Positions 41,304 to 50,878 of a DNA stretch of 64,000 bases are shown here, one piece after another. The notes below the pieces were generated by a model, which searched no databases, was not told where the DNA came from, and worked only from the letters and a program-made list of their open reading frames with translations. How positions within the stretch are numbered: position 1 is the stretch's first letter; each line of letters begins with the position of its first letter. The DNA comes from Candidatus Melainabacteria bacterium 17Bon1m (lineage in GTDB: Bacteria > Cyanobacteriota > Vampirovibrionia > Obscuribacterales > Obscuribacteraceae), in the NCBI GenBank assembly GCA_032128875.1, contig JAVLKG010000003.1, positions 321,008 through 385,007 of the forward strand, given 5' to 3'. Made by a program: the position numbers and the translations under genes.

Positions 41304-42443
41304 ATGAGGTGCCCAGTGAACACCTTCTTAAGTTCATCTCAAGAAGCGCTCAAAGAGCAGTATGAAAAGTATGCCGCAGAAGAGATTCAACCGGCGGCTA
41401 AAGATTTAGAGCTAGGCAAGACTTCGCTCAAAGAATTCTTGCAAAAGCTCGGTCAGACTGGTTTTCTCGGCTTGGCTATTGCAAAAGAGTACGGTGGTGC
41501 CTCCGGCACTTTCCTGGAGCAATCGCTTTTCGTCGAAGCTGCCAGTGAATACGAAGCAGGGCTAGGACTCTCGCTCTCTGCCCACTTCCAAGTTGTTGAG
41601 TTGATTAAGCGTTATGGCGACGATCGTCAAAAGTCGCGCTATTTGCCTTTACTGGCGCGCGGCGAAGCAGTTGGCGCATTTTGCTTGAATGAAGAGAACG
41701 CAGGAAGCGATTATTCTTTGGTTGAAGCTGTTGCGTCAACGAAGCAAGAAGCTCCCAAGCTCAACGGCAAAAAGCTCTGGGTTGTTAACGGCAAGATTGC
41801 GACCCTTTTGGTCGTCGCAGCGAAGGACGAAGAGACTGGAAAACTCTCTCTTTGGCTCGTAGATGCTGGTGACAGTAAGTCTCTGAAAGTTACTGCTGGT
41901 GCGAAGAAATTGGGACTGCGCTCCGCAAGCACCGACATAGTTGAATTCGTCGATACCAAGCTGGCGGAAGGCAGCCGGCTTGAAGGTGACGCCAGCGAGC
42001 AAATCGAATTTGCACTTGATGTAGCGAAAACGATTTTAGCAATGGCTTCTATCGGAATGAGTCAGGGTGCGATGAAACTTGCTGTAGATCACGCAAAGAC
42101 CCGCAAGCAGTTCGGCAAGAATATCGGTGCATTCCAAGGCATTCAATGGAAGATCGCCGACATGAGCACAGATGTAGCAGCTGCACGTATGCTCGCATTG
42201 CGCGCCGCTTGGGCGTTTGATGAGTCGAAAGATGAATTCAGAAAGTGTGCCGCTATGGCAAAACTGCTTTCTTCCAAAGCTGCCAGACTCCACACAGGCG
42301 AAGCGATTCAAATCATGGGCGCCAGTGGAATCGTCGAAGATTCGCCAACCGAGCGCTTCTATCGCGACGCCAAAATGATGGAAATCTGTCAGGGCACCTC
42401 CGAATTGCAGAAGGTTATCATCGCGGACGAACTCAAAGTCTAG
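41304..42443 (+). CDS. acyl-CoA dehydrogenase family protein
   Basis: FCLNEENAGSD, LNGKKLWVVNG, KLGLR, RKQFGKNIGAFQGIQ and RFYRDAK..EICQGTSE. Confidence 0.93.
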   Translation: MRCPVNTFLSSSQEALKEQYEKYAAEEIQPAAKDLELGKTSLKEFLQKLGQTGFLGLAIAKEYGGASGTFLEQSLFVEAASEYEAGLGLSLSAHFQVVELIKRYGDDRQKSRYLPLLARGEAVGAFCLNEENAGSDYSLVEAVASTKQEAPKLNGKKLWVVNGKIATLLVVAAKDEETGKLSLWLVDAGDSKSLKVTAGAKKLGLRSASTDIVEFVDTKLAEGSRLEGDASEQIEFALDVAKTILAMASIGMSQGAMKLAVDHAKTRKQFGKNIGAFQGIQWKIADMSTDVAAARMLALRAAWAFDESKDEFRKCAAMAKLLSSKAARLHTGEAIQIMGASGIVEDSPTERFYRDAKMMEICQGTSELQKVIIADELKV

Positions 42444-42456
42444 GATTGGTGAGCTT

Positions 42457-43719
42457 ATGTTTGATAAGCGCGAAAGCAAGGGTAAGGCAGTCGGTACTTT
42501 CGGCAAATCTGCACTCTGTGCAATCGCAATTGTGGCGTTGTTTAGCAGTGCCGCAACTGCGGAGCCGTATTCAGAAGGTATCGAGTTTTACAATCAACGC
42601 AACTTCCAGCGTGCTGCAAGTTGTTTTGAAACAGCGATTGCTCGCAGCCCTGAAAACACAAATGCAATCTACTACGCTGCACTTACCTATCAGCAATTGC
42701 GCAACAATCCTCGTGCTATCGAGCTCTACAAGCAGCTCGCTACGCGTTATCCAGGTTCGCGTGGTGGCAAGTTGGCAATTCAAGCCCTGCAAGGATTAGG
42801 AGCTGGTGGTGGAAGTGGTGGTGGTTATTCGTCTTCTTCTGCATCTACAACTCGATCATATTCGAGATCTTATGGCGGCTCCAGCTCCAGCAGCGAAGAT
42901 CCTGATCTTGCAAGACTGCCTGCTCAAGAGCGTCTCCACTTCCGCACGGAAGACAATGGTGGAAAACCAGTGCTTTGGGTGTCGGGTGCCGTGCGTAGCA
43001 CACCGCTGGATTTTGTTTTTGACACGGGAGCAGACCACACTGTTATCGGTATGGACCATCTGGCACAGATTGGACTTCCGAGACCGAGTGGTCCGCCCGA
43101 TGGTCACTCTATGGGTGTAGGCAACAAGGTTAGCGAAAGCTGGATTATACGAACCGATGTAAAAGTTGGCGGCATTCAACGCCACAATTTTCCTCTTTGG
43201 GTTTCGGACAGAACAGGCGTTCCGCCTCTTCTGGGGCGCAACTTCATGGAGCCATTCAACTACACCATTGATACGAGTGGTGGCAGCATTCTTATGACAA
43301 AGAAGGTGACTGCTTCATCATCCGGCGGATTTGGCGTTTCCAGTCAAGGCGGCGTTCCGTTTAGACGCGTTAGAGGCGGTGGTGTTCTCGTCTCTGTAGA
43401 AGTGAATGGAAGGCCTATAGACATGCTTTTCGATACTGGAGCGCAGTCATGCTTGTTCAGCAAGAAGGACATGCGAGATCTAGGAATATCAATCCCCGCA
43501 GATGCGGAGCATGAAATGACTCAAGGTGTGGGCGGCGCAATGCCGGGTCTCAAATTCCCAGTCTCCCGCATGAAGCTGGGTCCCATCGATAAGACTAATT
43601 TACCTATCACTGTCGTCGAACAAGATTTTGGTGAGCCCCTGCTCGGGCAGTCTTTTTTCCACGACTATCAATACACCATTGACGATCAGCGCAACGTTAT
43701 CCGCTTCCTGCGCAGGTAG
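42457..43719 (+). CDS. secreted TPR protein with two retropepsin-like aspartic protease domains
   Basis: N-terminal TPRs and Ser/Gly linker, then FVFDTGA...PLLGRNF and MLFDTGA...PLLGQSF. Confidence 0.85.
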   Translation: MFDKRESKGKAVGTFGKSALCAIAIVALFSSAATAEPYSEGIEFYNQRNFQRAASCFETAIARSPENTNAIYYAALTYQQLRNNPRAIELYKQLATRYPGSRGGKLAIQALQGLGAGGGSGGGYSSSSASTTRSYSRSYGGSSSSSEDPDLARLPAQERLHFRTEDNGGKPVLWVSGAVRSTPLDFVFDTGADHTVIGMDHLAQIGLPRPSGPPDGHSMGVGNKVSESWIIRTDVKVGGIQRHNFPLWVSDRTGVPPLLGRNFMEPFNYTIDTSGGSILMTKKVTASSSGGFGVSSQGGVPFRRVRGGGVLVSVEVNGRPIDMLFDTGAQSCLFSKKDMRDLGISIPADAEHEMTQGVGGAMPGLKFPVSRMKLGPIDKTNLPITVVEQDFGEPLLGQSFFHDYQYTIDDQRNVIRFLRR

Positions 43720-43722
43720 TGG

Positions 43723-44478
43723 ATGGCGACTCTATCTGTCGTTATCGTGGCGAAGAACGAAGAGCGCATCATAGGACGCACTCTCGATGCTGTTCGTGAT
43801 ATTGCTGATGAAATTTTGGTTGTTGATTCTGGTTCAGAAGACAAGACTGTTGAGATTGCTACGGCGAAAGGCGCTCGTGTTGTGCACCAAGACTGGCTTG
43901 GTTACGCGGGACAGAAGAATTTCGCTTTGTCGCTTGCAAAAAGTGACTGGCTTTTAAGTCTTGATTCGGATGAAGTCTTGACACCAGATTCGGTGGCGGA
44001 GATAAAGGCAATAGTGTCAGGTGAAACTGCTGGCAAGTGTGATGGATACAAGATTCCACGGATTCTCTATATTGGGGAACATCCGGTACGGCATGGTGGC
44101 TTTTACCCCGATGCTCAATTGCGTTTGATTCAAAACGGGAAAGGAAAGTTTCGTGATCGCATGGTGCACGAACGCATCTTTGTAGACGGACCGGTCGCTG
44201 TTCTGCGGCATCCCATGTTGCATTACAGCTATAAAAACGTCGATGAATTCACTAAAGCAATGGACAAGTATGCTCGTTTGTCGGCTGAAGAATTCAAACA
44301 AGATGGTTCGAAAAAATGGCGTGCCAATCCATTGAACGAGCTATTGCATCCCATGTGGACCTTCTTCGCGCGCTATGTTCTACGCCTAGGTTTCCTCGAT
44401 GGAAAGCTCGGTTGGGAATTGAACTGGATCTACAGCAACTACGTGCGCAACAAGATCCGCTATTTGCGAGAATCGTAG
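43723..44478 (+). CDS. GT2 glycosyltransferase (KdtX/WaaE-like)
   Basis: SVVIVAKNEE, VDSGSED, GYAGQKNFA, LDSDE, VHE and GFLDG. Confidence 0.9.
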   Translation: MATLSVVIVAKNEERIIGRTLDAVRDIADEILVVDSGSEDKTVEIATAKGARVVHQDWLGYAGQKNFALSLAKSDWLLSLDSDEVLTPDSVAEIKAIVSGETAGKCDGYKIPRILYIGEHPVRHGGFYPDAQLRLIQNGKGKFRDRMVHERIFVDGPVAVLRHPMLHYSYKNVDEFTKAMDKYARLSAEEFKQDGSKKWRANPLNELLHPMWTFFARYVLRLGFLDGKLGWELNWIYSNYVRNKIRYLRES

Positions 44479-44499
44479 GGTCGACGCCATGCGTCAACC
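44475..44499 (+). repeat. single GTAG REP-like hairpin
   Basis: GTAG-GGTCGACGC-CAT-GCGTCAACC; its TAG is the GT2 stop codon. Confidence 0.5.
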
Positions 44500-44503
44500 G
44501 GTC

Positions 44504-44899
44504 TTAGTTCCTAAACGCCCGTATAGTCGCGTGCAATAAGGGGAACGAGAAAATCAGCGACGATGAAAGCCTCCACATGGAGTTCCAGAAGAGCTGGAGT
44601 TTTGTGTTTTCTGTGCCAAACATCTTGATCAAGAACAACCTGTCCAGCAGTATTGCTGGAACTCCGCAAAGAAGTATCAATAGGACAGGCATTGAGACTC
44701 TGGCGGAAACGAATGGAAGAACGATGTATCCCAGCAGTACGATAATGGTATTTGAGAGTAAGTTCGCTTTGAGTAATACAAAATAGCTTGTTCCGAAATC
44801 CTTGCCAACGATGGACTTTGTGAAAAGTGGCGCGGCAAACAGGCTTGGGAGGCATACCACCAAGACAGCCACTGGGAACAATGGAATGTTCGGAAGCAT
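44504..44899 (-). CDS. hypothetical membrane protein
   Basis: 131-aa hydrophobic ORF in the same orientation as the upstream operon. Confidence 0.5.
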   Translation of the reverse strand: MLPNIPLFPVAVLVVCLPSLFAAPLFTKSIVGKDFGTSYFVLLKANLLSNTIIVLLGYIVLPFVSARVSMPVLLILLCGVPAILLDRLFLIKMFGTENTKLQLFWNSMWRLSSSLIFSFPLLHATIRAFRN

Positions 44900-44941
44900 T
44901 CTGATGTGTCTACTGTTTTCTACGTTGGAAGGAAACTAATT

Positions 44942-45241
44942 CTATTCTTCCATGATCTCGCGCATCAGAGACTCATAGCGGCGTAGATTCTGTTCGTAGA
45001 TTGATCTGTCTGAGGCTTTTGCCGAATCTTCGTTGAGTGACTGCCCAAGCCAGGGCGCTTGCTCTACCAAGACGTCTTGAGCCACCCAGCCGCGAACTGT
45101 GAGCGATTCCCAGCTAGGGACGCCCATCGAGCTGCAATCGTAACGCACTACTTCCGCTTGCGCAGCCGTAATGATGTTTTTCTCCACCAGCGTTGCCAAA
45201 AGCGCTTCAGATTGCTTGTCTTGTTCTGAAGTTGTGCTCAT
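44942..45241 (-). CDS. small hypothetical protein (weak T2SSE_N/MshEN-like pattern)
   Basis: LLATLVEKNIITAAQ...LTVRGWV spacing resembles a degenerate MshEN repeat; 9 nt after khpA. Confidence 0.55.
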   Translation of the reverse strand: MSTTSEQDKQSEALLATLVEKNIITAAQAEVVRYDCSSMGVPSWESLTVRGWVAQDVLVEQAPWLGQSLNEDSAKASDRSIYEQNLRRYESLMREIMEE

Positions 45242-45250
45242 GCGGCGAGC

Positions 45251-45607
45251 TTATTGGATTTCTATGTCTACTCGTTTGCCATGGCGGCTTGCAGCCGCTC
45301 TGACCAGATTGCGCAAGGCAGTAATTGTCTTACCGTCTTTGCCAATCAACCGTCCGGTAATGGTCGGTTCGCAAGTGACGCCCAGACGGCAACGTCTGGA
45401 GCCCATCATCTTACGGTCGAATTGGAGCGCGTCTGGGTCGCGCGCTAACACGCGCAAAATATACTCGGCCAAATCTTCAGCCGCTGTCGAATTGCTGGGC
45501 GGACCCGAAGATCTGCCTACGCCGTAGCCGCCGGGGCGCCTGCCGCCGCCGCCTTTCTTAAAAGGCTTGCCACCGTATCGCTTGGCTGGGCCCCGTTTTT
45601 CATCCAT
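45251..45607 (-). CDS. khpA: KH domain RNA-binding protein KhpA (YlqC)
   Basis: [15 protein letters not shown]; canonical position after rpsP. Start uncertain. Confidence 0.85.
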   Translation of the reverse strand: MDEKRGPAKRYGGKPFKKGGGGRRPGGYGVGRSSGPPSNSTAAEDLAEYILRVLARDPDALQFDRKMMGSRRCRLGVTCEPTITGRLIGKDGKTITALRNLVRAAASRHGKRVDIEIQ

Positions 45608-45771
45608 CTGTCTACCGCTTCCTGGTCGAGTTTGAGTTCCTTAGACTGCGGATTGTAATATCCGAGCTCTTCCAACGGCTTACCGTCACGACGGGTCCGA
45701 ACATCAACTGCAACGACTCTGTAGTGCGGCGCTTTCTTGGAGCCTACTCTCTTAAGTCTGATCTTTACCAC
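45517..45771 (-). CDS. rpsP: 30S ribosomal protein S16
   Basis: [29 protein letters not shown] and GAQPSDTV. Confidence 0.98.
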   Translation of the reverse strand: MVKIRLKRVGSKKAPHYRVVAVDVRTRRDGKPLEELGYYNPQSKELKLDQEAVDRWMKNGAQPSDTVASLLRKAAAAGAPAATA

Positions 45772-45935
45772 TGAACTTTCCTTTGAACGATTGAAGTCGC
45801 AGGACTTCTTTTATGCGAACACGTTTATATAAAGGCATATATTATGCGAATGGATATTTTAGCAGGTGCTTTCGGCCCGCAAGGATTGCAAGAGCGTATA
45901 TTTGCGCGATTGCAAAGAAGACGGTAACACTTGCC

Positions 45936-47504
45936 CTATTTCTTCTTCTTTTTCTTGTAATAGCCGCCGCCTATTCCGCCCGGATAGCCCGACGGGGGCT
46001 TCTTCTTAGGCATGCTACCCGGCAGTCCGCCAGGGAATCCAGGAGGTAATCCTCCGGGCATTCCGCCCGGCATTGGAGGAAGTCCTGGTTTGCCGCCGCC
46101 CATTCCCGGCAAGCCTGCAAAGGGATTCGGCATTTCGGCACCAGTGCCGCCTGGAGAGCCTCCCGGCATGCCTGGGAAACCACCGCCAAAGCCGCCCATT
46201 AACTTACGGAAATGCGTCATCATGCCACGCATCTGTTCAAACTCATTTAACATTTGCCCGACTTCTGAGTCCTTGAGTCCCGCACCAGCAGCGATTCGGC
46301 GTCTGCGGCTCATGGTGATAATCTCGGGTTTGCGCTGCTCTTCGAGTGTCATAGAGCTAATAGCTGTCTCATAGAGCTTCATCATCTTGTCGCCATGCTC
46401 GGCGATTTGCGCTTGCTGAGAGCTGTTTAAGCCGAACATGCCGCCGACGCCCATCATCTTCATAAGATCGCCCATGTTGCCCATCTTCTTCATCATCTTT
46501 TGGGACTTGATGAACATCTCCAGGGTGAACTCGCCCTGGAGCATTTGCATAGCCACTTTCTCGGCTTCTTTCTCGTCGATGACTTGCTTGGCTTTTTCGA
46601 CGAGGGAAAGGACGTCGCCCATGTCGAGGATTCTGCTCGCCATGCGGTCTGGGTAGAAGGCATCGAGGTTGTCCAGCTTTTCGCCGGTGCTGATGTACTT
46701 GATCGGTTTGCCGACGATTTCACGAACTGAAAGCGCTGCACCGCCTCTGGCGTCACCATCGACCTTGGTCATAATGATGCCGGATACATCTAGCTGTGTA
46801 TTGAAGGTTTCTGCAACGTTGACTGACTCCTGTCCGGTCATCGCGTCGATGACCAAGAGCTTCTCGGACGGCTCGAAAGCGCGGTCGAGAATCATGATTT
46901 CAGCCATTAGTTCCGTATCGATTTGCAGACGACCGGCGGTGTCGATGATGACTGGAGAGTTGTTGTTTTCTCTTGCTTGAGCGAGTGCGCGCTCGGCAAT
47001 CTCGTGCACATCTTTGCTTTCGAGATCGGCGAAAACAGGGACGTCAATCTGTTTGCCGAGTGTTTGAAGCTGGAGAATCGCAGCCGGACGTTGAACGTCG
47101 CAAGCCACCATAAGTGGTGACATGCCTTCGTCCTTCAACTTCTTAGCGAGCTTTCCGCAGGCTGTAGTTTTACCAGCACCCTGCAAGCCCAAGAGCATTA
47201 CTACAGGCGGCTTGCCTTCGAGTGTAATAGGAACATTGTCAGTTCCCAAAATCTCAATCAGTTCGTCGTGTACAACTTTGACGAATTGCTGCGTGGGCGA
47301 AACGGATTCAATAACTTCCGTTCCCAGTGCCTTCTGTCGGACGCGGCTTATGAAAAGCTTTACTACCTTCAAGCTGACGTCTGCTTCCAGCAGTGCGCGC
47401 CTGACTTCGCCAATCGCTTCCTCGATGTTTTCCGCGGTCAATTTGGTGTCGCCACCAAGATTGCGCATCGCGTTTTTCAATCGATCGCTTAACTGGTCAA
47501 ACAT
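45936..47504 (-). CDS. ffh: signal recognition particle protein Ffh
   Basis: ALLEADV, GLQGAGKTT, DTAGR, TKVDGDARGGAALS and Met-rich M domain. Confidence 0.98.
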   Translation of the reverse strand: MFDQLSDRLKNAMRNLGGDTKLTAENIEEAIGEVRRALLEADVSLKVVKLFISRVRQKALGTEVIESVSPTQQFVKVVHDELIEILGTDNVPITLEGKPPVVMLLGLQGAGKTTACGKLAKKLKDEGMSPLMVACDVQRPAAILQLQTLGKQIDVPVFADLESKDVHEIAERALAQARENNNSPVIIDTAGRLQIDTELMAEIMILDRAFEPSEKLLVIDAMTGQESVNVAETFNTQLDVSGIIMTKVDGDARGGAALSVREIVGKPIKYISTGEKLDNLDAFYPDRMASRILDMGDVLSLVEKAKQVIDEKEAEKVAMQMLQGEFTLEMFIKSQKMMKKMGNMGDLMKMMGVGGMFGLNSSQQAQIAEHGDKMMKLYETAISSMTLEEQRKPEIITMSRRRRIAAGAGLKDSEVGQMLNEFEQMRGMMTHFRKLMGGFGGGFPGMPGGSPGGTGAEMPNPFAGLPGMGGGKPGLPPMPGGMPGGLPPGFPGGLPGSMPKKKPPSGYPGGIGGGYYKKKKKK

Positions 47505-47579
47505 GCTTCAAATTACCTCTCGTCGTTTTCTCTTTGATTGGCTCTGTAGAGCCGATTTGGACTTTTGAACTTGGAATTA

Positions 47580-48947
47580 TTACTTCTTCTTTTCGGATTT
47601 GGTTTTGCGCTTTTCTTGCACTTCTTCCGGGTGCGCCAGCTCTTGGATGTCGATGACTTTCTCGTCGATTTCAGGCGGATAGATTAGCCAGAATGACTCG
47701 TAATTGCCCCCGACAAGCGCTTTGACAGTTGGCGAAAGCTCTGACAATTCCGCAACTATTCCAGTGTCGGTTCTTACCACGATGTTTGTTTCTGGATGCA
47801 CAGATTCTGGTCTGTAGTAGTCGTATGGGCGGAAGCCCGTCGACTCGACTGCTACGTAATACTCGGGGTCCATACCGTGCGCTTTGACCAATTCTTTGGT
47901 GTGGTTTTGAACTTGTTCGATCAAGTTTTGGAACTTTCCGTTGCCGTTGCCACCAGTTGTTGGTGGCATGATACGCACGGATTTGAACAATCTGCGATCA
48001 AGAAAACGTCTGGCAAGGTCCTTCAGGACCGGGTCTTTATCTTCGACCCAACGTTTGATGTGATAGGTCATTTGGATGTCGTCGAGTGATAGATATTCAT
48101 CGACTGTCAAGTCTTCACCGTTCAGCCATTTCTGAGTCGGCTCGTCCATAAAGCTGAACTTGTGATTTTGTTCCATCAAGTGCCTGACACGCTTAAGCAG
48201 TTTGGCTAGATGGGCTCTGGCTGCCAGATTTTTGCGATGGTAATAGACCTGCGCATACATCGAATAGCGACCGAACAAATAATCTTCGACTGCTGTTTGT
48301 CCCTTTTCGCCAACGACCTCGATGCGATCTTTTTCTTGATTCACTTCCATCGAGCGAAGAATGCGCTGCAGTGCGAGATGCCCATAGGCAGTGCCTGTCA
48401 TATAGCTATCGCGGAGCAAGTAATCGAATCTGTCGCAATCGAGTTGGCTCGAAACAATGTGCGAGACATATTTTGGTAAGTGCTGTTTCTTCAGCAGTTT
48501 TACAATCTTCTCCGCGAGATTTGGAACTTCAGTAAATCCGTCGAGAACTTTGCGTATCTCCGTATCGCCGGATATGATGCGGCAAGACCACTCTTCGTGA
48601 TCGTAGTGAAGGATTTTTTCTGTGACGTGGCTGTAGGGTCCGTGACCGCAATCGTGCAAAAGCGCAGAAGCAAGAATCAGCGGTCTGTGCTCTTCAATTG
48701 ACGGTGTTTTCTCCTTCAGCATGTCGATAAGTTGCGATGCGATGTGCATGACGCCGACCGAGTGCGTAAAGCGGGAGCCTTCAGCGCCCTGAAAAGTGAA
48801 GAAAGAAACGCCCAATTGGTGAACGCGGCGCAGGCGCTGGAATTCGCGGGTGTCGATCAGGTCCATAACCAGGCGCTCTGCGGGGATGCGCCGGTCCAGG
48901 ACGATGTCCTGATGGATCGGGTCGAGATAAGTCCGCTTGTTCGCCAT
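47580..48947 (-). CDS. HD-domain phosphohydrolase (YwfO/SAMHD1-like dNTPase family)
   Basis: DPIH, FQRLRR..QLG, SRFTHS, LLHDCGHGPYSH and DCDRFDYLLRD; start reassigned to ATG 48947. Confidence 0.9.
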   Translation of the reverse strand: MANKRTYLDPIHQDIVLDRRIPAERLVMDLIDTREFQRLRRVHQLGVSFFTFQGAEGSRFTHSVGVMHIASQLIDMLKEKTPSIEEHRPLILASALLHDCGHGPYSHVTEKILHYDHEEWSCRIISGDTEIRKVLDGFTEVPNLAEKIVKLLKKQHLPKYVSHIVSSQLDCDRFDYLLRDSYMTGTAYGHLALQRILRSMEVNQEKDRIEVVGEKGQTAVEDYLFGRYSMYAQVYYHRKNLAARAHLAKLLKRVRHLMEQNHKFSFMDEPTQKWLNGEDLTVDEYLSLDDIQMTYHIKRWVEDKDPVLKDLARRFLDRRLFKSVRIMPPTTGGNGNGKFQNLIEQVQNHTKELVKAHGMDPEYYVAVESTGFRPYDYYRPESVHPETNIVVRTDTGIVAELSELSPTVKALVGGNYESFWLIYPPEIDEKVIDIQELAHPEEVQEKRKTKSEKKK

Positions 48948-49179
48948 GTTGAAAACCTGCTTCTTGAAAAACCTTACGCCGCAACCGGAAACACCGATTT
49001 TTCGGCAAAAGGAACAGCCCGCATACTGCAAGCAGCCTAATTATACTGGGATAGAGAAGAACAGTTTCTCTTTATGACAGCAAATGGAGTCGCTCAAACC
49101 AATTGTTTAACCTTACCAGTTGGAAAGTTTTGGCTTCTGCCTGGGAATAACTTCCTAGAGAGAAGCTAGTTTTGAGGCT

Positions 49180-50121
49180 TTGGACTGCATGATTCTAGAA
49201 AAGCAATGGTTTCCTAGTCCGGTTTCTCAGCCACTGGGAGTTTCAAGCATTCTTCAGCGAAGTCTCGCTACCTACATTGCCAATTTGGGGTTTTGCTCGA
49301 AGCTGTTTTTGCTTCCTGCAGTTGTCTTAGTCGTCAGCGGTTTGCCTTTTACTCTTTTTTCGCATGCTGCTCATGCCAACAAAGACCATCTTTCAATTGC
49401 ACTGATGTGGGGCTGGTTTTTGTTCATGCAGATACCGCTTTATTACAGCTGTGCAGTGCGCGGCACGATTCTGCAACGCTTAGCGCTTTTGCCGAATGAG
49501 GAGTTTGTGCCTGCCGCTGCTTACGCAAATAGGTTTTGGTGGATGCGTAGCTCAGCCAGTGTGGCCAGAGATATTTTTCAGATTGCCGGGTTCATATTGC
49601 TCGGAGGAATTGGGGTTGCCGGATGGTTCATTTTCGGCGCGTTTTCTCCAGCCTTTTTTGCACTTGCAGCAGTGCTTTCCGCGCTCATGTGCTTCGCTTG
49701 GTTCTCGTGCGAATTCCTTCACATGTGCTTTTCCGTGTCAGTTGCAGCAGAAGAAAAGCGATTTGGACAACATTGGCGCAGCGCGCTCGCACTTTTCCGC
49801 AGGGCATTCTGGCGAGGAAGTAACTTTCAGGTGCTGCTTTTCGTGCTCTATTTCGCAATAAGCATGCTGTTTAATCCAGTCACTCTCTACTACCTTCCCC
49901 AGGTTGGAGAACTTGGGTTGTGGGGTTGCATGTTTCCACAAAATCCTCCGCTTCTGGTGGCGTTATTTCGCGATTTGTTCAGTGTTTTCAACACTTTAGT
50001 GGGCTTTCCGATTTTCTACATCTGCGCGGCATATTTTATTCACGATCTGCGTGTGCGCAACAATTTACCGCTCTTGGTCGGAGAAAACGGCCATGAGTAT
50101 GAGCCCCTACTGCCATCATGA
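49180..50121 (+). CDS. hypothetical multi-pass membrane protein
   Basis: About 6 hydrophobic segments; pattern PLGVSSIL...HDLRVR seen in glycerophosphodiesterase-type membrane domains. Confidence 0.65.
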   Translation: MDCMILEKQWFPSPVSQPLGVSSILQRSLATYIANLGFCSKLFLLPAVVLVVSGLPFTLFSHAAHANKDHLSIALMWGWFLFMQIPLYYSCAVRGTILQRLALLPNEEFVPAAAYANRFWWMRSSASVARDIFQIAGFILLGGIGVAGWFIFGAFSPAFFALAAVLSALMCFAWFSCEFLHMCFSVSVAAEEKRFGQHWRSALALFRRAFWRGSNFQVLLFVLYFAISMLFNPVTLYYLPQVGELGLWGCMFPQNPPLLVALFRDLFSVFNTLVGFPIFYICAAYFIHDLRVRNNLPLLVGENGHEYEPLLPS

Positions 50122-50184
50122 AGTCTGGGGCGAGTTACAGTTTTTCTCTGGTTCTTAGGCAAGTCTGTCTTTCAGATATTGAAA

Positions 50185-50661
50185 CTAAGCGGCTTTCTTC
50201 TTTTTGCCGGACATCGCGATAGATGCGACTGCGAGCAGCATTGCGGTGCCCAGAATTGGTTGCGAGAGGTGATGCAGCTTGTCGAATTTTGCTCCAACTT
50301 CTGCGTCTGTCTTCATTTGTGGCAGCATCTCAGCCATCGGTGCTGTTAGTCCGAGCGCGAACACGAGAACGAGAATCGCGCTAGCAATGCTGGTTCCATA
50401 TCTTGCGAAAGTGCATTTGCTCTTTTCTGGGTTGGTGAAAAAGTCTGCGACTTCACTAACGATGAGTGCAATTGCGGCCCCCAGCGCCAGTTTGCTGAAG
50501 TGGATAAATAGCGGTGCATTTGCTAACCCGATTGTGGCTTTATCAAGTCCCGCTGCGTGCCCTTCTTTTGCGATGTTTACTACGACAAAAACTATGGCTA
50601 CCGATCCGCCGAAGATTATTGACAGGGCGAGAAGGCGCAATGTTTCTACGAGTTTGTTCAT
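50185..50661 (-). CDS. four-helix membrane protein (DUF4149/TMEM205-like)
   Basis: Four TM helices ending FDKLHHLS; start at ATG 50661. Confidence 0.65.
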   Translation of the reverse strand: MNKLVETLRLLALSIIFGGSVAIVFVVVNIAKEGHAAGLDKATIGLANAPLFIHFSKLALGAAIALIVSEVADFFTNPEKSKCTFARYGTSIASAILVLVFALGLTAPMAEMLPQMKTDAEVGAKFDKLHHLSQPILGTAMLLAVASIAMSGKKKKAA

Positions 50662-50878
50662 GAATTGATACCTGCTGGATTTGGTGGACTTGCTGGGATT
50701 GTCGGCTACTAGCCAACACCCTATCCCGGTCATGCAAACGGCATGAAAGCTCGGCTTCGGTAACTTCAAGAAGTGCTACCATTGCCTTCTCGGTCCACCG
50801 GGGACATTTTACATCCTTGGCAACGAGTGCAATTTGGCACAGGGTCGTGTTATGACACTGGTCTAACGATAGAGACCG

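Noticed and set aside
46012-46374. Pro/Gly-rich ORF on the plus strand
   Set aside because: Antisense shadow of the ffh low-complexity tail.
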